Notes: generated by a model from the letters alone, not told the origin. A DNA stretch of 32,000 bases from Methanococcus maripaludis (GCF_002945325.1 NZ_CP026606.1:1290001-1322000); one strand, 5' to 3'. Numbered from the stretch's first letter, positions 19,701 to 28,540 are shown. Program-made: numbers and translations.

Positions 19701-20337
19701 TTCTGATATCAATTTTTTCAATGAATTCCCTTGCTTTTTCAAGTTCTTTTTTTGCTTTTTCCCCTTTTTCATCGAATTCTGCGACACCACTTATTTCATC
19801 GATAATCTTTCTTCTTTCATTTGGTGTGGTATCTATAATTTTTATCAGGTCTCCTTGGAGGATAATGTTAAATCCATCAGCACTAAGGGATATTTTTCCA
19901 ATGACATCTAAAATTTCAGATTTTTTTACTTTCTTTCGTTTTTCTTCCTTTACGGTTTTTATTTCCCCATTTTCCTTAACTTCCTTTTCTTCATTCCAAA
20001 TCAGGTAGTAGTTGTTATCGCCGTTTATCTTAACTTTTCGCGATATCCCAACCTTATCTGAATCTACAGGCATTTTTCTATCTTTATTATCAAAAATAAG
20101 CGTAACTTCTGCGAAATTTTCCCTTTTTCCATTATGATAAGTAATAAGCTGGTTAAATTTACCTGCACGAAGCGATTTTGCCGAAGTTTTTCCAAGAACA
20201 AAACATATGCCATCAATGGTATTTGATTTTCCTGATCCATTGGGCCCCAGTATTGCAGTGAAGCCATCGGGAATTTTTAATTTTGAATTTTTGAATGATT
20301 TGAAGTTTTTCATGTGGATTTCTGATAATGATGCCAT
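16768..20337 (-). CDS. smc: Chromosome segregation protein SMC
   Basis: About 1189 aa with Walker A GPNGSGKSN, long coiled coils, a hinge (LPGVVDIAGNLG), the signature LSGGEKSLTALAFLFA and Walker B FYVLDEVDAALD. The ATG at 20335-20337 follows GGTGA. Confidence 0.96.
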   Translation of the reverse strand: MASLSEIHMKNFKSFKNSKLKIPDGFTAILGPNGSGKSNTIDGICFVLGKTSAKSLRAGKFNQLITYHNGKRENFAEVTLIFDNKDRKMPVDSDKVGISRKVKINGDNNYYLIWNEEKEVKENGEIKTVKEEKRKKVKKSEILDVIGKISLSADGFNIILQGDLIKIIDTTPNERRKIIDEISGVAEFDEKGEKAKKELEKAREFIEKIDIRINEVKNNLEKLKKEKEDAETHVKLTEELKATKYILTSKKIEFLNGILEKTKEEIEALKEMKVCFLKEISEYDAKSNDIRNRLQNLINELNEKGNEEIMELHKSIKEMEVTVDNDKKSLNGALDDLKNVNSQSEKKGQDLVETRQKIETIRTETLQKEAEINTLKTEMENLETEKKKLKSKVEESETQTEILKQQERKLSERINESQNELYNFKNEFNALENEINKKSFNLTKNKETIETLQKELEEIRSEHEDTKSLYKELEDVAVELEYSKKKVVTLLENKKEYQEKLDKSHADYIKENAKIKAMKDMEDFSLDRAVKSVLEAKLPGVVDIAGNLGKTDAEYKTAIENAGGNRLNYIVVKRMDDGARAIQYLKKNNLGRTTFLPLDRINGPEALYLYDEGIVGRAIDLVEFKPEYENLFRYVFGNTIIVENLDYAKTLSKDHKARFVTLEGEVIEPSGAMIGGRSRKKSVIKVDIDTSKLEKLAEQISELDGTLSETKDEIERLQNKNATYSTRKMELESRLKIIKDLEHKKEGILTNNGVKIKELELESRKLEEELDYLEGSKEELERKIEEFTKKISGFTTQRERISEEIASFENSEHSKRIKVIDETILNFEKKKNEFENEIKRDAVLIKEVLIPKISELNSNIKELSEKKTILEQNIQFYKNNVEKNFEILKTKKERYEDLTKDLRELTEKKEAFEKELEILNGEKRRVYGRINQNESQINSLSIDKAKYETRLEEEDRKLYVCENIEQISEDITSKIKEFDVDALESHQIDLEGHIKKLEPVNMRAIDDYQYIVDRYDELFEKRTDYENEEKKYLHLIEEVSKRKKEVFMDVYLKVAENYEKIYTEIGGSGKLSLENPEDPFSGGLLIDASPMNKKLQSLDVMSGGEKSLTALAFLFAIQHLNPAPFYVLDEVDAALDTKNAGLIGEMIKNASKDSQFIVISHREQMISKSDVMYGVCMENGLSKLVGLKI

Positions 20338-20537
20338 TGTATTCACCAAGAACCTGCGGAAAAATTTATAAAATACTATTTGGATAATAATTGCTTATAT
20401 TTCTTAATTAACTGATATATTATGTTGTTGATTTTATATTTGGTTTTTATTCCTGAACTTTTAATTTTAAAATCTAATTAATATCACACTTTAATGGTTA
20501 ATTATTCTCTTCATATTTTATTTATATACTTTATAAA

Positions 20538-20553
20538 TAATAGGGCTCTATTA
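20538..20553. promoter_or_regulatory. Dyad-symmetric site TAATAG-GGCT-CTATTA (copy 1), adjacent to a TATA-like TTTATAAA
   Basis: Perfect 6-bp inverted arms with a 4-bp spacer, read directly from the sequence. A near-identical copy lies 97 bp downstream. Confidence 0.4.
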
Positions 20554-20634
20554 AAAAATCACTCGATAGTTATCTTTATATATTAAAAAATAAAAAGGGA
20601 ACAGTTAGACGTTATTGGAAAATAATAACAACTA

Positions 20635-20650
20635 TAATAGAACCCTATTA
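20635..20650. promoter_or_regulatory. Dyad-symmetric site TAATAG-AACC-CTATTA (copy 2), overlapping a TATA-like CTATAATA about 65-80 nt upstream of the aminotransferase ATG
   Basis: Perfect 6-bp inverted arms with a 4-bp spacer. It shares the flanks ATAATAG....CTATTAAAAA with copy 1. Confidence 0.4.
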
Positions 20651-20714
20651 AAAAGCTTTCAAAATAAAATTTCAAAAGTTAAACAATACAGCAAACACGA
20701 TGGAGGTGGAAGCA

Positions 20715-22019
20715 ATGAGAACCGATATTGTCAGTTCAGGAGTAGGGGAGTTGTCCTATGAAATCAGAGAAATTGTAAAGGTGGCTAAAAAAGCCGAAAG
20801 TTCGGGATTAGAAGTTGTATGGGAAAATATTGGTGATCCTATTGCCAAAGGAGAAAAGCTTCCCCTCTGGATAAAAGAAATAGTTTCAGAAACCACAATG
20901 GATGACAGTTCTTATGGATATTGTCCTACAAGGGGTCTTTTAGAAACGAGGGAGTTTTTAACTGATTTAAACAACAGCAGAAATGGGGCACAAATTACGC
21001 CTGATGAAATCGTGTTTTTTAACGGTTTAGGGGACGCTATCACAAATATTTACGGTTTGATGAGAAAAGAGTGTAGGGTAATTGGCCCAACACCCGCATA
21101 TTCCACACATTCTTCTGCAGAAGGACTTTATTCAAACTGTAGGCCTGTAATGTATGAATTGGATAAGGATGACGGATGGAATCCAGATATTGATGATTTG
21201 AGAAATAAAGTAAAATATAATCCATCAATTGCATCGATATTATTAATAAATCCTGGAAATCCAACCGGTGCAGTTTATTCAAAGAAAATATTAAGCGAAG
21301 TTGTAGACATTGCAAATGAATACGACCTTTTCATTTTAGCGGATGAAATATATTCTAACCTTGTTTATAATGGAAAAAAACACAACTACTTATCAGAAGT
21401 TTTAGATGACGTTCCAGGGATTTCTTTAAAGGGAATTTCTAAGGATCTGCCATGGCCTGGTTCAAGGTGTGGTTGGACAGAGTTTTACAATACTCAAAGT
21501 GATGAATTATTCAAGAAATACACTGAAAACATCTGCAAGTTTAAAATGATTGAAGTATGTTCGACAACACTTCCTCAAAAAGTAATTCCAAAGATAATGT
21601 CTGATAAACGATATAATAAGTACCTTGAAGAAAGGAAAAGCTACTACGAAACGGCTTCAAAGTACGTATACAATAAAATGAAAAATATCGATGGACTAAA
21701 TGTAAACAGAACTGATGGTGCATTCTATAACACCATAGTTTTAGAAAAAGAATATTTAAATGAAAACCAATCTTTGAAAATTCAAGATAGTGGACTTAAA
21801 AATTATGTTGAATCGATTTCAAAAGGAATCCCTGAAGATAAAAGATTTGTATATTACTTACTTGCATCTACTGGAATTTGCGGTGTTCCTTTAACATCAT
21901 TCTGTTCAGAACACAATGGAATGAGATTCACGCTTCTTGAAAGAGACGAAGAAAAGAGAAATTGGGTTTTTGAAACAATCGCAGAAAAAGTTGAAGAATA
22001 TTTTAACAGCAGTAACTAA
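20715..22019 (+). CDS. PLP-dependent class I/II aminotransferase (alanine/aspartate aminotransferase-like)
   Basis: Contains INPGNPTG, ADEIYSNLVY and SLKGISKDLPWPGSRCGW (the PLP-lysine region). GGAGGTGG lies 5 nt before the ATG at 20715. The track start at 20700 sits upstream of the SD. Confidence 0.85.
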   Translation: MRTDIVSSGVGELSYEIREIVKVAKKAESSGLEVVWENIGDPIAKGEKLPLWIKEIVSETTMDDSSYGYCPTRGLLETREFLTDLNNSRNGAQITPDEIVFFNGLGDAITNIYGLMRKECRVIGPTPAYSTHSSAEGLYSNCRPVMYELDKDDGWNPDIDDLRNKVKYNPSIASILLINPGNPTGAVYSKKILSEVVDIANEYDLFILADEIYSNLVYNGKKHNYLSEVLDDVPGISLKGISKDLPWPGSRCGWTEFYNTQSDELFKKYTENICKFKMIEVCSTTLPQKVIPKIMSDKRYNKYLEERKSYYETASKYVYNKMKNIDGLNVNRTDGAFYNTIVLEKEYLNENQSLKIQDSGLKNYVESISKGIPEDKRFVYYLLASTGICGVPLTSFCSEHNGMRFTLLERDEEKRNWVFETIAEKVEEYFNSSN

Positions 22020-22028
22020 TTTAAACAC

Positions 22029-22044
22029 TTTTTTCATATTTTTT
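22029..22044 (+). terminator. Oligo-T terminator after the aminotransferase
   Basis: T6 (22029-22034) and T6 (22039-22044) lie within 25 nt of the stop codon. Confidence 0.5.
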
Positions 22045-22176
22045 AAAATCAGATTTACTTAAGATTACTTTTGATTTAGGTTTATTTTTAAGTTTTAAGT
22101 AGTAGTTATATATTTTATAATAATATAAAGTTAATAAACTTGGATTTTTAATGCAAGGCCAAATAATGGTGTTTTA

Positions 22177-24444
22177 ATGCATGTAACTCATCCTTTGATA
22201 AAACCAGAAACTATTGAAGCTAGAATTTACCAGCAACTCGTTGTAGCAAGTGCACTAAAGCAAAATACGTTATGTGTTCTTGGAACAGGACTTGGTAAAA
22301 CTGCAATTGCGGCCCTTACAATAGCTGGAATTTTATCTAAACAAGATGGAAAAGTTTTAATCATTGCACCATCAAGGCCGCTTGTAGACCAGCACTTTAA
22401 GAGCATGAATCAATTTTTAAACATCGATTCAGAAAAGATTGTCATTTTAAACGGTAAAATCTCACCAAAAAAACGAGAAGCAATGTGGGAATCTGGTAAA
22501 ATCTTTATAGCAACACCTCAGGTTGCAGAAAACGATATTATTTCTAAAATTTTAAAACCATCTCAATTTTCACTTTTAATTGCTGATGAGGCACATCACA
22601 CAACTGGAAACCACTCTTACACGTTTGTTGCAAACAAGTTTAAGAAAAAATCGCATGTTTTAGGATTAACAGCATCCCCTGGTTCAAACATTGATAGAAT
22701 ATTTGAAATCTGTGGGAATTTGGGAATCGAACACGTTGAAATAAAAACGGAGGAAGACCCAGATGTTGCACCATACGTTGCAAAAGTTAAAATGCGGCCA
22801 AAACGTGTCGAACTTCCCGAAGAGTTTGAAGTAAATTTAACTCTTTTAAAAAATGCATTAAAGGATCGTTTAAGAGATTTAAAAGAAAATAGGGTAATTC
22901 ATTCTATAACTGTAAATAAATCCGAATTACTCGGGTTAAACAAAAAAATAATGGCAATGGATGATAATATAAAGTATGAAATGCTTCGAATTTCATCTGA
23001 AGCTGTAAAATTAGAGCATGCAATTGAAATGCTTGAAACACAAGGCAAAAGCACGTTTTTAAATTATTACCAGAAACTTTTAACTCAAAATACAAAGTCT
23101 GCAAAGGAAATTACAAATGATCCAAGATTTATTCAGGCGGTTAAAAATTTAAACGAAATCGATATAGAGCATCCAAAATATGAAAAGATGCTTGAAATTG
23201 TAAAAGAAATTTTAAAAGAAAACGAAAAAATAATTATTTTTGCACAGTATAGGGATACAGTTCAAAAAATTGTGGATTTACTTTCTGAAAATGGAATTGA
23301 AGCAATAATGTTTGTTGGGCAATCCAATAAAGATGGAAAAGGGATGAATCAGAAAGAACAGGCAAAAGCAATTGAACGATTTAAAAATGAGGCAAATGTG
23401 CTTGTTTCAACGAGTGTTTCAGAAGAGGGAATTGATATTTCAAGTGTAAATTATGTTTTATTTTACGAACCAGTTCCTTCAGAAATCAGAATGATTCAAA
23501 GAAGAGGTCGTGCTGCAAGGGGCGAAGGCGGACAGGTAATCGTTTTAATTGCACAAAAAACTCGGGATGAAGGATATTATCGAGCAGGGCTTGCAAAAGA
23601 AAAGAACATGAAAAATATCCTAAAAAACATGCAAACTACATTAAATAAAAAATTAAAAGAATTAACGGAAGAAGAAAGTGGAAACAAAGAGAATTTTGAT
23701 GATACAAATAATAAAGATCACTACATGGATTTAAGATCGGTTGTAAGTTCTAAAACATCTGATAACTTAGAAGAAAAGAAACCGACAAAACATGATAAAA
23801 AAAGTAAAAGTGGACTGCCAAACAAGGCAACCATAATAGTGGATTCAAGAGAACGTCATATTGGAAGATACCTTTCAGAAAAAGCAGAAGTTGAATTTAA
23901 AACCCTTGAAATCGGGGATTATATTTTAAGTGACAGGGTTGCAGTTGAGAGAAAAACTGCAGAGGACTTTGAAAACTCAATCATTGATAAAAGGCTGTTT
24001 AATCAGGTAATGGACTTAAAAAAATATGAAAGACCTTTAATGATTATCGAAGGAAATGAATTTGTTAGAATTCACGAAAACGCGATACGCGGTATGATGT
24101 TTTCAATAATGATCGATTACCAGATACCAGTAATGTTTTCAAGGGATATTGAAGATACAGCAGATATCTTGGTAAAACTTGCAGAAAGGGAGCAGATAAA
24201 AGAAAAACGAGAAATATCTATAAGATATGGAAAAAGGCCAATGTCTTTAAAAGAACGTCAAAAATTTTTGGTAGAAGGTCTTCCTGATGTTGGGCCAGTA
24301 ATGGCTGAAAATCTTTTGGATAACTTTAATTCGGTTGAAGATATATTTACTGCATCAGAAGCAGAATTGAAGGCTGTTGAAGGAGTTGGGCCGATAACTG
24401 CTAAAAAGATTAGGGAAGTTGTATCTAAAAAGTATAGAGAATAG
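22177..24444 (+). CDS. hef: Hef: helicase-associated endonuclease for fork-structured DNA (SF2 helicase plus XPF/ERCC4 nuclease plus HhH2)
   Basis: Walker A GTGLGKT, DEAH box (ADEAHH), motif VI QRRGRAARG, the ERCC4 motif GDYILSDRVAVERKTAEDF, and a C-terminal tandem HhH (GLPDVGPVMA / VEGVGPITAKKI). Confidence 0.93.
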   Translation: MHVTHPLIKPETIEARIYQQLVVASALKQNTLCVLGTGLGKTAIAALTIAGILSKQDGKVLIIAPSRPLVDQHFKSMNQFLNIDSEKIVILNGKISPKKREAMWESGKIFIATPQVAENDIISKILKPSQFSLLIADEAHHTTGNHSYTFVANKFKKKSHVLGLTASPGSNIDRIFEICGNLGIEHVEIKTEEDPDVAPYVAKVKMRPKRVELPEEFEVNLTLLKNALKDRLRDLKENRVIHSITVNKSELLGLNKKIMAMDDNIKYEMLRISSEAVKLEHAIEMLETQGKSTFLNYYQKLLTQNTKSAKEITNDPRFIQAVKNLNEIDIEHPKYEKMLEIVKEILKENEKIIIFAQYRDTVQKIVDLLSENGIEAIMFVGQSNKDGKGMNQKEQAKAIERFKNEANVLVSTSVSEEGIDISSVNYVLFYEPVPSEIRMIQRRGRAARGEGGQVIVLIAQKTRDEGYYRAGLAKEKNMKNILKNMQTTLNKKLKELTEEESGNKENFDDTNNKDHYMDLRSVVSSKTSDNLEEKKPTKHDKKSKSGLPNKATIIVDSRERHIGRYLSEKAEVEFKTLEIGDYILSDRVAVERKTAEDFENSIIDKRLFNQVMDLKKYERPLMIIEGNEFVRIHENAIRGMMFSIMIDYQIPVMFSRDIEDTADILVKLAEREQIKEKREISIRYGKRPMSLKERQKFLVEGLPDVGPVMAENLLDNFNSVEDIFTASEAELKAVEGVGPITAKKIREVVSKKYRE

Positions 24445-24453
24445 GTGTTATAT

Positions 24454-25110
24454 ATGATCTGTATTCCTGTAATTGATGAAGATGTGTCTGATGCAATAAA
24501 TTCCGCAAAAGAAGCTTTAAAATACGGAGATATTGTGGAATTTAGAATTGATTTATTAAATGATGTAAATTTTGAAGATATCGAAGAGTTTTCAAAAATT
24601 CCGTCCATAATTACAATAAGAGCAGAATGGGAAGGTGGAGCTTGGAAAAAGTCAAACGATGAAAGAATCGAGCTTTTAAAACACGCGATAAAAAATAATG
24701 TGAAATTTGTGGACATTGAACTAAAAGAAGAAAAAAACTTAGAATTGGTTAAATATAGAAATGAAATTGGATCAACTACGAAAATTATCGTTTCATACCA
24801 CGATTTTGAAAAAACCCCTGAAATTGACGAATTAATTGATGTAGTTGAAAAAGAGTTAAAAATTGGAGACATTGCAAAATTTGCAACGTTTGCGCATTCA
24901 AAAGAAGATACTTTAAAAATATTAAATTTGATGAACAGGTATGCTGGAAAAATAATTGCAATTGGCATGGGCGAATCTGGAAAACTTACAAGGATTTTGG
25001 GTTTGGATTTTGGATCAATACTCACCTTTGCATCAATGGAAGGAAAAGCATCTGCCCCAGGTCAGGTCGACGTTAAAAAACTAAAAGAAATTTTAGAATT
25101 GCTAAAATAA
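24454..25110 (+). CDS. aroD: 3-dehydroquinate dehydratase, type I
   Basis: Contains [11 protein letters not shown]...VEFRIDLL...[11 protein letters not shown]...[10 protein letters not shown]...[13 protein letters not shown], the type I DHQase pattern. The ATG at 24454 follows AGGTG, which overlaps the hef stop codon. Confidence 0.9.
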   Translation: MICIPVIDEDVSDAINSAKEALKYGDIVEFRIDLLNDVNFEDIEEFSKIPSIITIRAEWEGGAWKKSNDERIELLKHAIKNNVKFVDIELKEEKNLELVKYRNEIGSTTKIIVSYHDFEKTPEIDELIDVVEKELKIGDIAKFATFAHSKEDTLKILNLMNRYAGKIIAIGMGESGKLTRILGLDFGSILTFASMEGKASAPGQVDVKKLKEILELLK

Positions 25111-25112
25111 AT

Positions 25113-25529
25113 TTATTCAACAATTATTTTAAACTTCAAATCTGCTCCTTTTTTTAATTTTTTAACAATTTCGCGGTTTATGTCTTTTGAAGCCTTATCT
25201 GAATTAACCATTAACGTCCTACTACATGAAAAGTCGCTCGTTCTAATTACAATATCTGTTTTATGGTCAAGTGTTAATTTTGAGTTACCTTTTCCAGTAA
25301 TTACTTCTTTTAATCCATCAACTTCAATTTCAACAGTAATTTTATCCGAATTTCTTAAATTTTCTTTAAAACTTTCCGAAAAATCGAGCATAGATTTGTC
25401 TGCAGAAATTCCAATGATGCAGTCGCCAGTGCACGTCACGTGGTTTTCTTTTGTAATTTCAAGTGTACTTTTGTGATTTGCGCTGATATTTTCGTGTCCT
25501 TTTGCGTAAATTGTAAATTCAAAAGCCAT
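25113..25529 (-). CDS. DUF371 domain protein (function unknown)
   Basis: About 138 aa containing AKGHENISANHKSTLEITKENHVTCTGDCIIGISAD, which matches my recollection of the archaeal DUF371 family. The GGGTGA SD precedes the ATG at 25527-25529. Confidence 0.7.
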   Translation of the reverse strand: MAFEFTIYAKGHENISANHKSTLEITKENHVTCTGDCIIGISADKSMLDFSESFKENLRNSDKITVEIEVDGLKEVITGKGNSKLTLDHKTDIVIRTSDFSCSRTLMVNSDKASKDINREIVKKLKKGADLKFKIIVE

Positions 25530-25667
25530 TATTTTCACCCAAATACCAAAAACGGTAAAGATTAATACTTTGGAGTAATAAAGTTTTTAATTAAATAAAC
25601 TTATTCTTTTATTTAAGTATAAAATACGAATTATCGATTTTAAAATCATTTCTTTACCGGTGAAATT

Positions 25668-27110
25668 ATGAAATCTACGGTTACTAAAATCGCTGAAAAA
25701 ACGTACCAGCTTCCAGTAAGTTATAAAGACTGCATGAGGGTTCCCGGAAACGTTTACCTTGATGAATTATTGTTTGAACATCTTGAAGCGGATGTATTTA
25801 AACAGATTGCAAATGTTGCATGTCTTCCAGGTATTCAAAAGTACTCACTTGCAATGCCCGACTGCCACTACGGATACGGTTTTTGTATCGGGGGAGTTGC
25901 CGCATTTGACGAAGTTACAGGAGTAATTAGTCCTGGCGGAGTTGGTTTTGATATCAACTGTGGTGTGAGACTAGTTAAAACAAATTTAACGAAAAACGAT
26001 GTTACTCCAAAATTAAAGGAACTTTTATCAGAAATTTTTAAAAATGTTCCTTCAGGACTTGGAAGCAAAGGAAAAATAAGAATTACAAAAGATGAAATTG
26101 ATAGTGTCCTTGAAGAAGGGGTTTCATGGGCAGTTGAAGAAGGATATGGTTGGGAAAAAGATATAAACCATATTGAAGAACATGGAAAAATGAAAGAAGC
26201 AGATCCAACGCTTGTTTCAGACAATGCTAAAAAACGAGGACTTCCACAACTTGGATCTTTAGGTAGTGGTAACCACTTTTTAGAAGTTCAGTATGTTGAT
26301 GAAATATTTGATGAAGATGCTGCAAAAACGTTTGGAGTGTCACCTGATCAGGTAGTTTTAATGATACACACGGGTTCAAGAGGTCTTGGACACCAGATAT
26401 GTGCAGATTACTTAAGATACATGGAAAACGCTGCAAAAAAATATAATATTAAATTACCCGACAGACAGCTTGCATGTGCACCGATAAATTCGGAAGAAGG
26501 TCAAAAGTACTTTAAAGCAATGTCTTGCGGTGCAAACTATGCATGGGCGAACAGACAGTTAATTACGCATTGGATAAGGGAAAGTTTTGAAACGATATTT
26601 AAAACGAGTGCGGAAGATTTAGAAATGGATATAATATATGATGTAGCACATAACATTGCTAAAAAAGAGCAGCATTTAATTGATGGAGTGTTGAAAAATG
26701 TCGTTGTTCACAGGAAAGGTGCTACAAGGGCATTTGGGCCAGGTCATGCTGAGATTCCATCAGATTACGTTAATATTGGACAGCCAGTAATAATTCCAGG
26801 TGATATGGGCACTGCGTCTTATTTAATGCACGGAACAGAAAAAGCAATGGAACAAACATTTGGATCAACTGCACACGGTGCTGGAAGGGCCTTAAGTCGA
26901 GTAAAAGCACTTAAACTCTACACTGGAAATGAAGTTCAGGAAGCACTCCAAAAGAAAGGAATTTTGGTAATGGCAGATTCAAAAGGGGTCATTGCAGAAG
27001 AATGTCCTGAAGCTTACAAAGATATTGAAAATGTTGCAGATATATGCCATGATTCAGGGATATCTTTAAAAGTTGCAAAAATGAAACCGATGGGAGTTGT
27101 AAAAGGATAA
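25668..27110 (+). CDS. rtcB: RNA-splicing ligase RtcB (3'-phosphate/5'-hydroxyl RNA ligase), intein-less
   Basis: 480 aa containing [41 protein letters not shown] and HGAGR, the metal and GMP-histidine motifs. Confidence 0.96.
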   Translation: MKSTVTKIAEKTYQLPVSYKDCMRVPGNVYLDELLFEHLEADVFKQIANVACLPGIQKYSLAMPDCHYGYGFCIGGVAAFDEVTGVISPGGVGFDINCGVRLVKTNLTKNDVTPKLKELLSEIFKNVPSGLGSKGKIRITKDEIDSVLEEGVSWAVEEGYGWEKDINHIEEHGKMKEADPTLVSDNAKKRGLPQLGSLGSGNHFLEVQYVDEIFDEDAAKTFGVSPDQVVLMIHTGSRGLGHQICADYLRYMENAAKKYNIKLPDRQLACAPINSEEGQKYFKAMSCGANYAWANRQLITHWIRESFETIFKTSAEDLEMDIIYDVAHNIAKKEQHLIDGVLKNVVVHRKGATRAFGPGHAEIPSDYVNIGQPVIIPGDMGTASYLMHGTEKAMEQTFGSTAHGAGRALSRVKALKLYTGNEVQEALQKKGILVMADSKGVIAEECPEAYKDIENVADICHDSGISLKVAKMKPMGVVKG

Positions 27111-27188
27111 ATTCCTTTTAAATTATATTTACTAAAAAAATAGTGTTCTTAATCATTATTTCAATAATTTTTATCCAAAGGTGAAAGA

Positions 27189-28235
27189 ATGAACATAAAA
27201 GTAGGTATTTTGGGAGCTACTGGAAACGTTGGACAGAGATTTATACAGATGCTTGAAAATCATCCCGTTTTTGAACTCGAAGCGCTTGGCGCATCACAGA
27301 GGAGTGCAGGAAAAACTTACAAGGATGCATGCTACTGGTACCAGACCGAACCAATTCCTGAAGAAATTGCAAATGCAACTGTTGTTTCAACCGACCCAAA
27401 CGATAAAGCTTATGATGATGTTGATATTGTTTTTTCAGCGCTACCGGCAGATCTGGCAAAAACACTTGAGCCAGAATTTGCTAAAGCTGGAAAATATGTA
27501 TTTTCAAACGCTTCAGCAATGAGAATGGAATCAGACGTTCCATTAATTGTTCCAGAAGTAAACCCTGAACACTTTGGAATGCTTGAAGCGCAAAAAAGCA
27601 ACAGGTGCTCAGATGGTGCAGTAATTACAAATCCAAACTGTTCAACAATTGGGGCAGTAATTTCATTAAAACCGATAATGGATAAATTTGGAATTGATTT
27701 AGTAAATATCACCACAATGCAGGCAATAAGCGGTGCGGGATACAGTGGGGTTCCTTCAATGGCAATTTTAGACAATATGGTTCCATACATTGGCGGTGAA
27801 GAAGAAAAAATGCAGACAGAATCATTAAAAATTCTTGGAAGCATGGACGGAAACAATTTTAAAAACGGAAACTTTAAAATTGGCGTATCTTGCAACAGAG
27901 TTCCAGTAATTGATGGCCACACTGAAAGCATATTTGTAAAAACAACCGAAGAAGCAACGCCTGAGGAAGTTGCAAAAGCAATGAATGAATTTGATCCATT
28001 AAAAGGTTTAAATTTACCAAGCTACGCAAAACCAATTGTTTTAAGGGAAGAAAATGACAGACCTCAACCAAGACTTGACAGAAATACTGGAAAAGGAATG
28101 TCAATCGTTGTTGGAAGGGTTAGAAAAGACCCGATCTTCACTGTAAAATACACTGCACTTGAACACAACACAATAAGGGGAGCTGCAGGAGCAAGTGTTT
28201 TAAATGCTGAATTGTTCGTTCAAAAATACCTTTAA
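27189..28235 (+). CDS. asd: Aspartate-semialdehyde dehydrogenase
   Basis: 348 aa containing [13 protein letters not shown] (Rossmann fold), NPNCSTI (the active-site Cys) and [14 protein letters not shown]. Confidence 0.94.
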   Translation: MNIKVGILGATGNVGQRFIQMLENHPVFELEALGASQRSAGKTYKDACYWYQTEPIPEEIANATVVSTDPNDKAYDDVDIVFSALPADLAKTLEPEFAKAGKYVFSNASAMRMESDVPLIVPEVNPEHFGMLEAQKSNRCSDGAVITNPNCSTIGAVISLKPIMDKFGIDLVNITTMQAISGAGYSGVPSMAILDNMVPYIGGEEEKMQTESLKILGSMDGNNFKNGNFKIGVSCNRVPVIDGHTESIFVKTTEEATPEEVAKAMNEFDPLKGLNLPSYAKPIVLREENDRPQPRLDRNTGKGMSIVVGRVRKDPIFTVKYTALEHNTIRGAAGASVLNAELFVQKYL

Positions 28236-28240
28236 AATCC

Positions 28241-28259
28241 TTTTTTCTTTTTATTTTTT
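28241..28259 (+). terminator. Oligo-T terminator after asd
   Basis: The sequence TTTTTTCTTTTTATTTTTT starts 6 nt after the stop codon. Confidence 0.55.
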
Positions 28260-28322
28260 AAAATTTAATCCATGTATTCAGATGTTTTTTAAATATATTA
28301 AAATTAATCGATATATTGATAG

Positions 28323-28334
28323 TTATAAATATAT
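28323..28334 (+). promoter_or_regulatory. TATA box candidate for the 56-aa Cys-rich ORF
   Basis: TTATAAATATAT lies 36-47 nt upstream of the ATG at 28370, and AGGTGA lies at 28360-28365. Confidence 0.4.
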
Positions 28335-28369
28335 CCTGTTTTGAATTATACTAGTATCAAGGTGATAGA

Positions 28370-28540
28370 ATGCTCCAGTGGAATTTGCAGTGTCCAAACT
28401 GTAAAAAAAGAATTACTTATCGTGTAGATGTCTGTATATGTAAAGCCGCAGAAGTTGAAATTCCAAACTGCGAATCTTGCGGTACAAAAATGGAAATAGA
28501 TGTTTCAGGACTCAAAGGTAGAAGAAGAGTAAAAAAATGA
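28370..28540 (+). CDS. Small Cys-rich zinc-ribbon-like protein (56 aa), uncharacterised
   Basis: Below the track cutoff. My hand translation is MLQWNLQCPNCKKRITYRVDVCICKAAEVEIPNCESCGTKMEIDVSGLKGRRRVKK. It has CxxC...CxC...CxxC and a basic tail. A strong AGGTGA SD lies 4 nt upstream, with a TATA box further upstream. Confidence 0.6.
   Translation: MLQWNLQCPNCKKRITYRVDVCICKAAEVEIPNCESCGTKMEIDVSGLKGRRRVKK

Noticed and set aside
17717-20008. Apparent repetitiveness and several antisense ORFs within smc
   Set aside because: This is expected from the K/E/L-rich heptad coiled coils of SMC. I saw no true tandem DNA repeat or CRISPR-like spacing.
24258-25025. 255-aa minus-strand ORF overlapping the hef 3' end and most of aroD
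   Set aside because: It is antisense to two well-supported genes. The protein is low-complexity and S/F/I-rich, the mirror image of a purine-rich coding strand. It has no SD and no recognisable family.
27410-27931. 173-aa minus-strand ORF, plus the smaller 27229-27522, 27241-27465 and 27874-28104 ORFs, inside asd
   Set aside because: They are antisense or out of frame relative to a clearly conserved asd reading frame. They have no SD, and their composition is typical of shadow ORFs.
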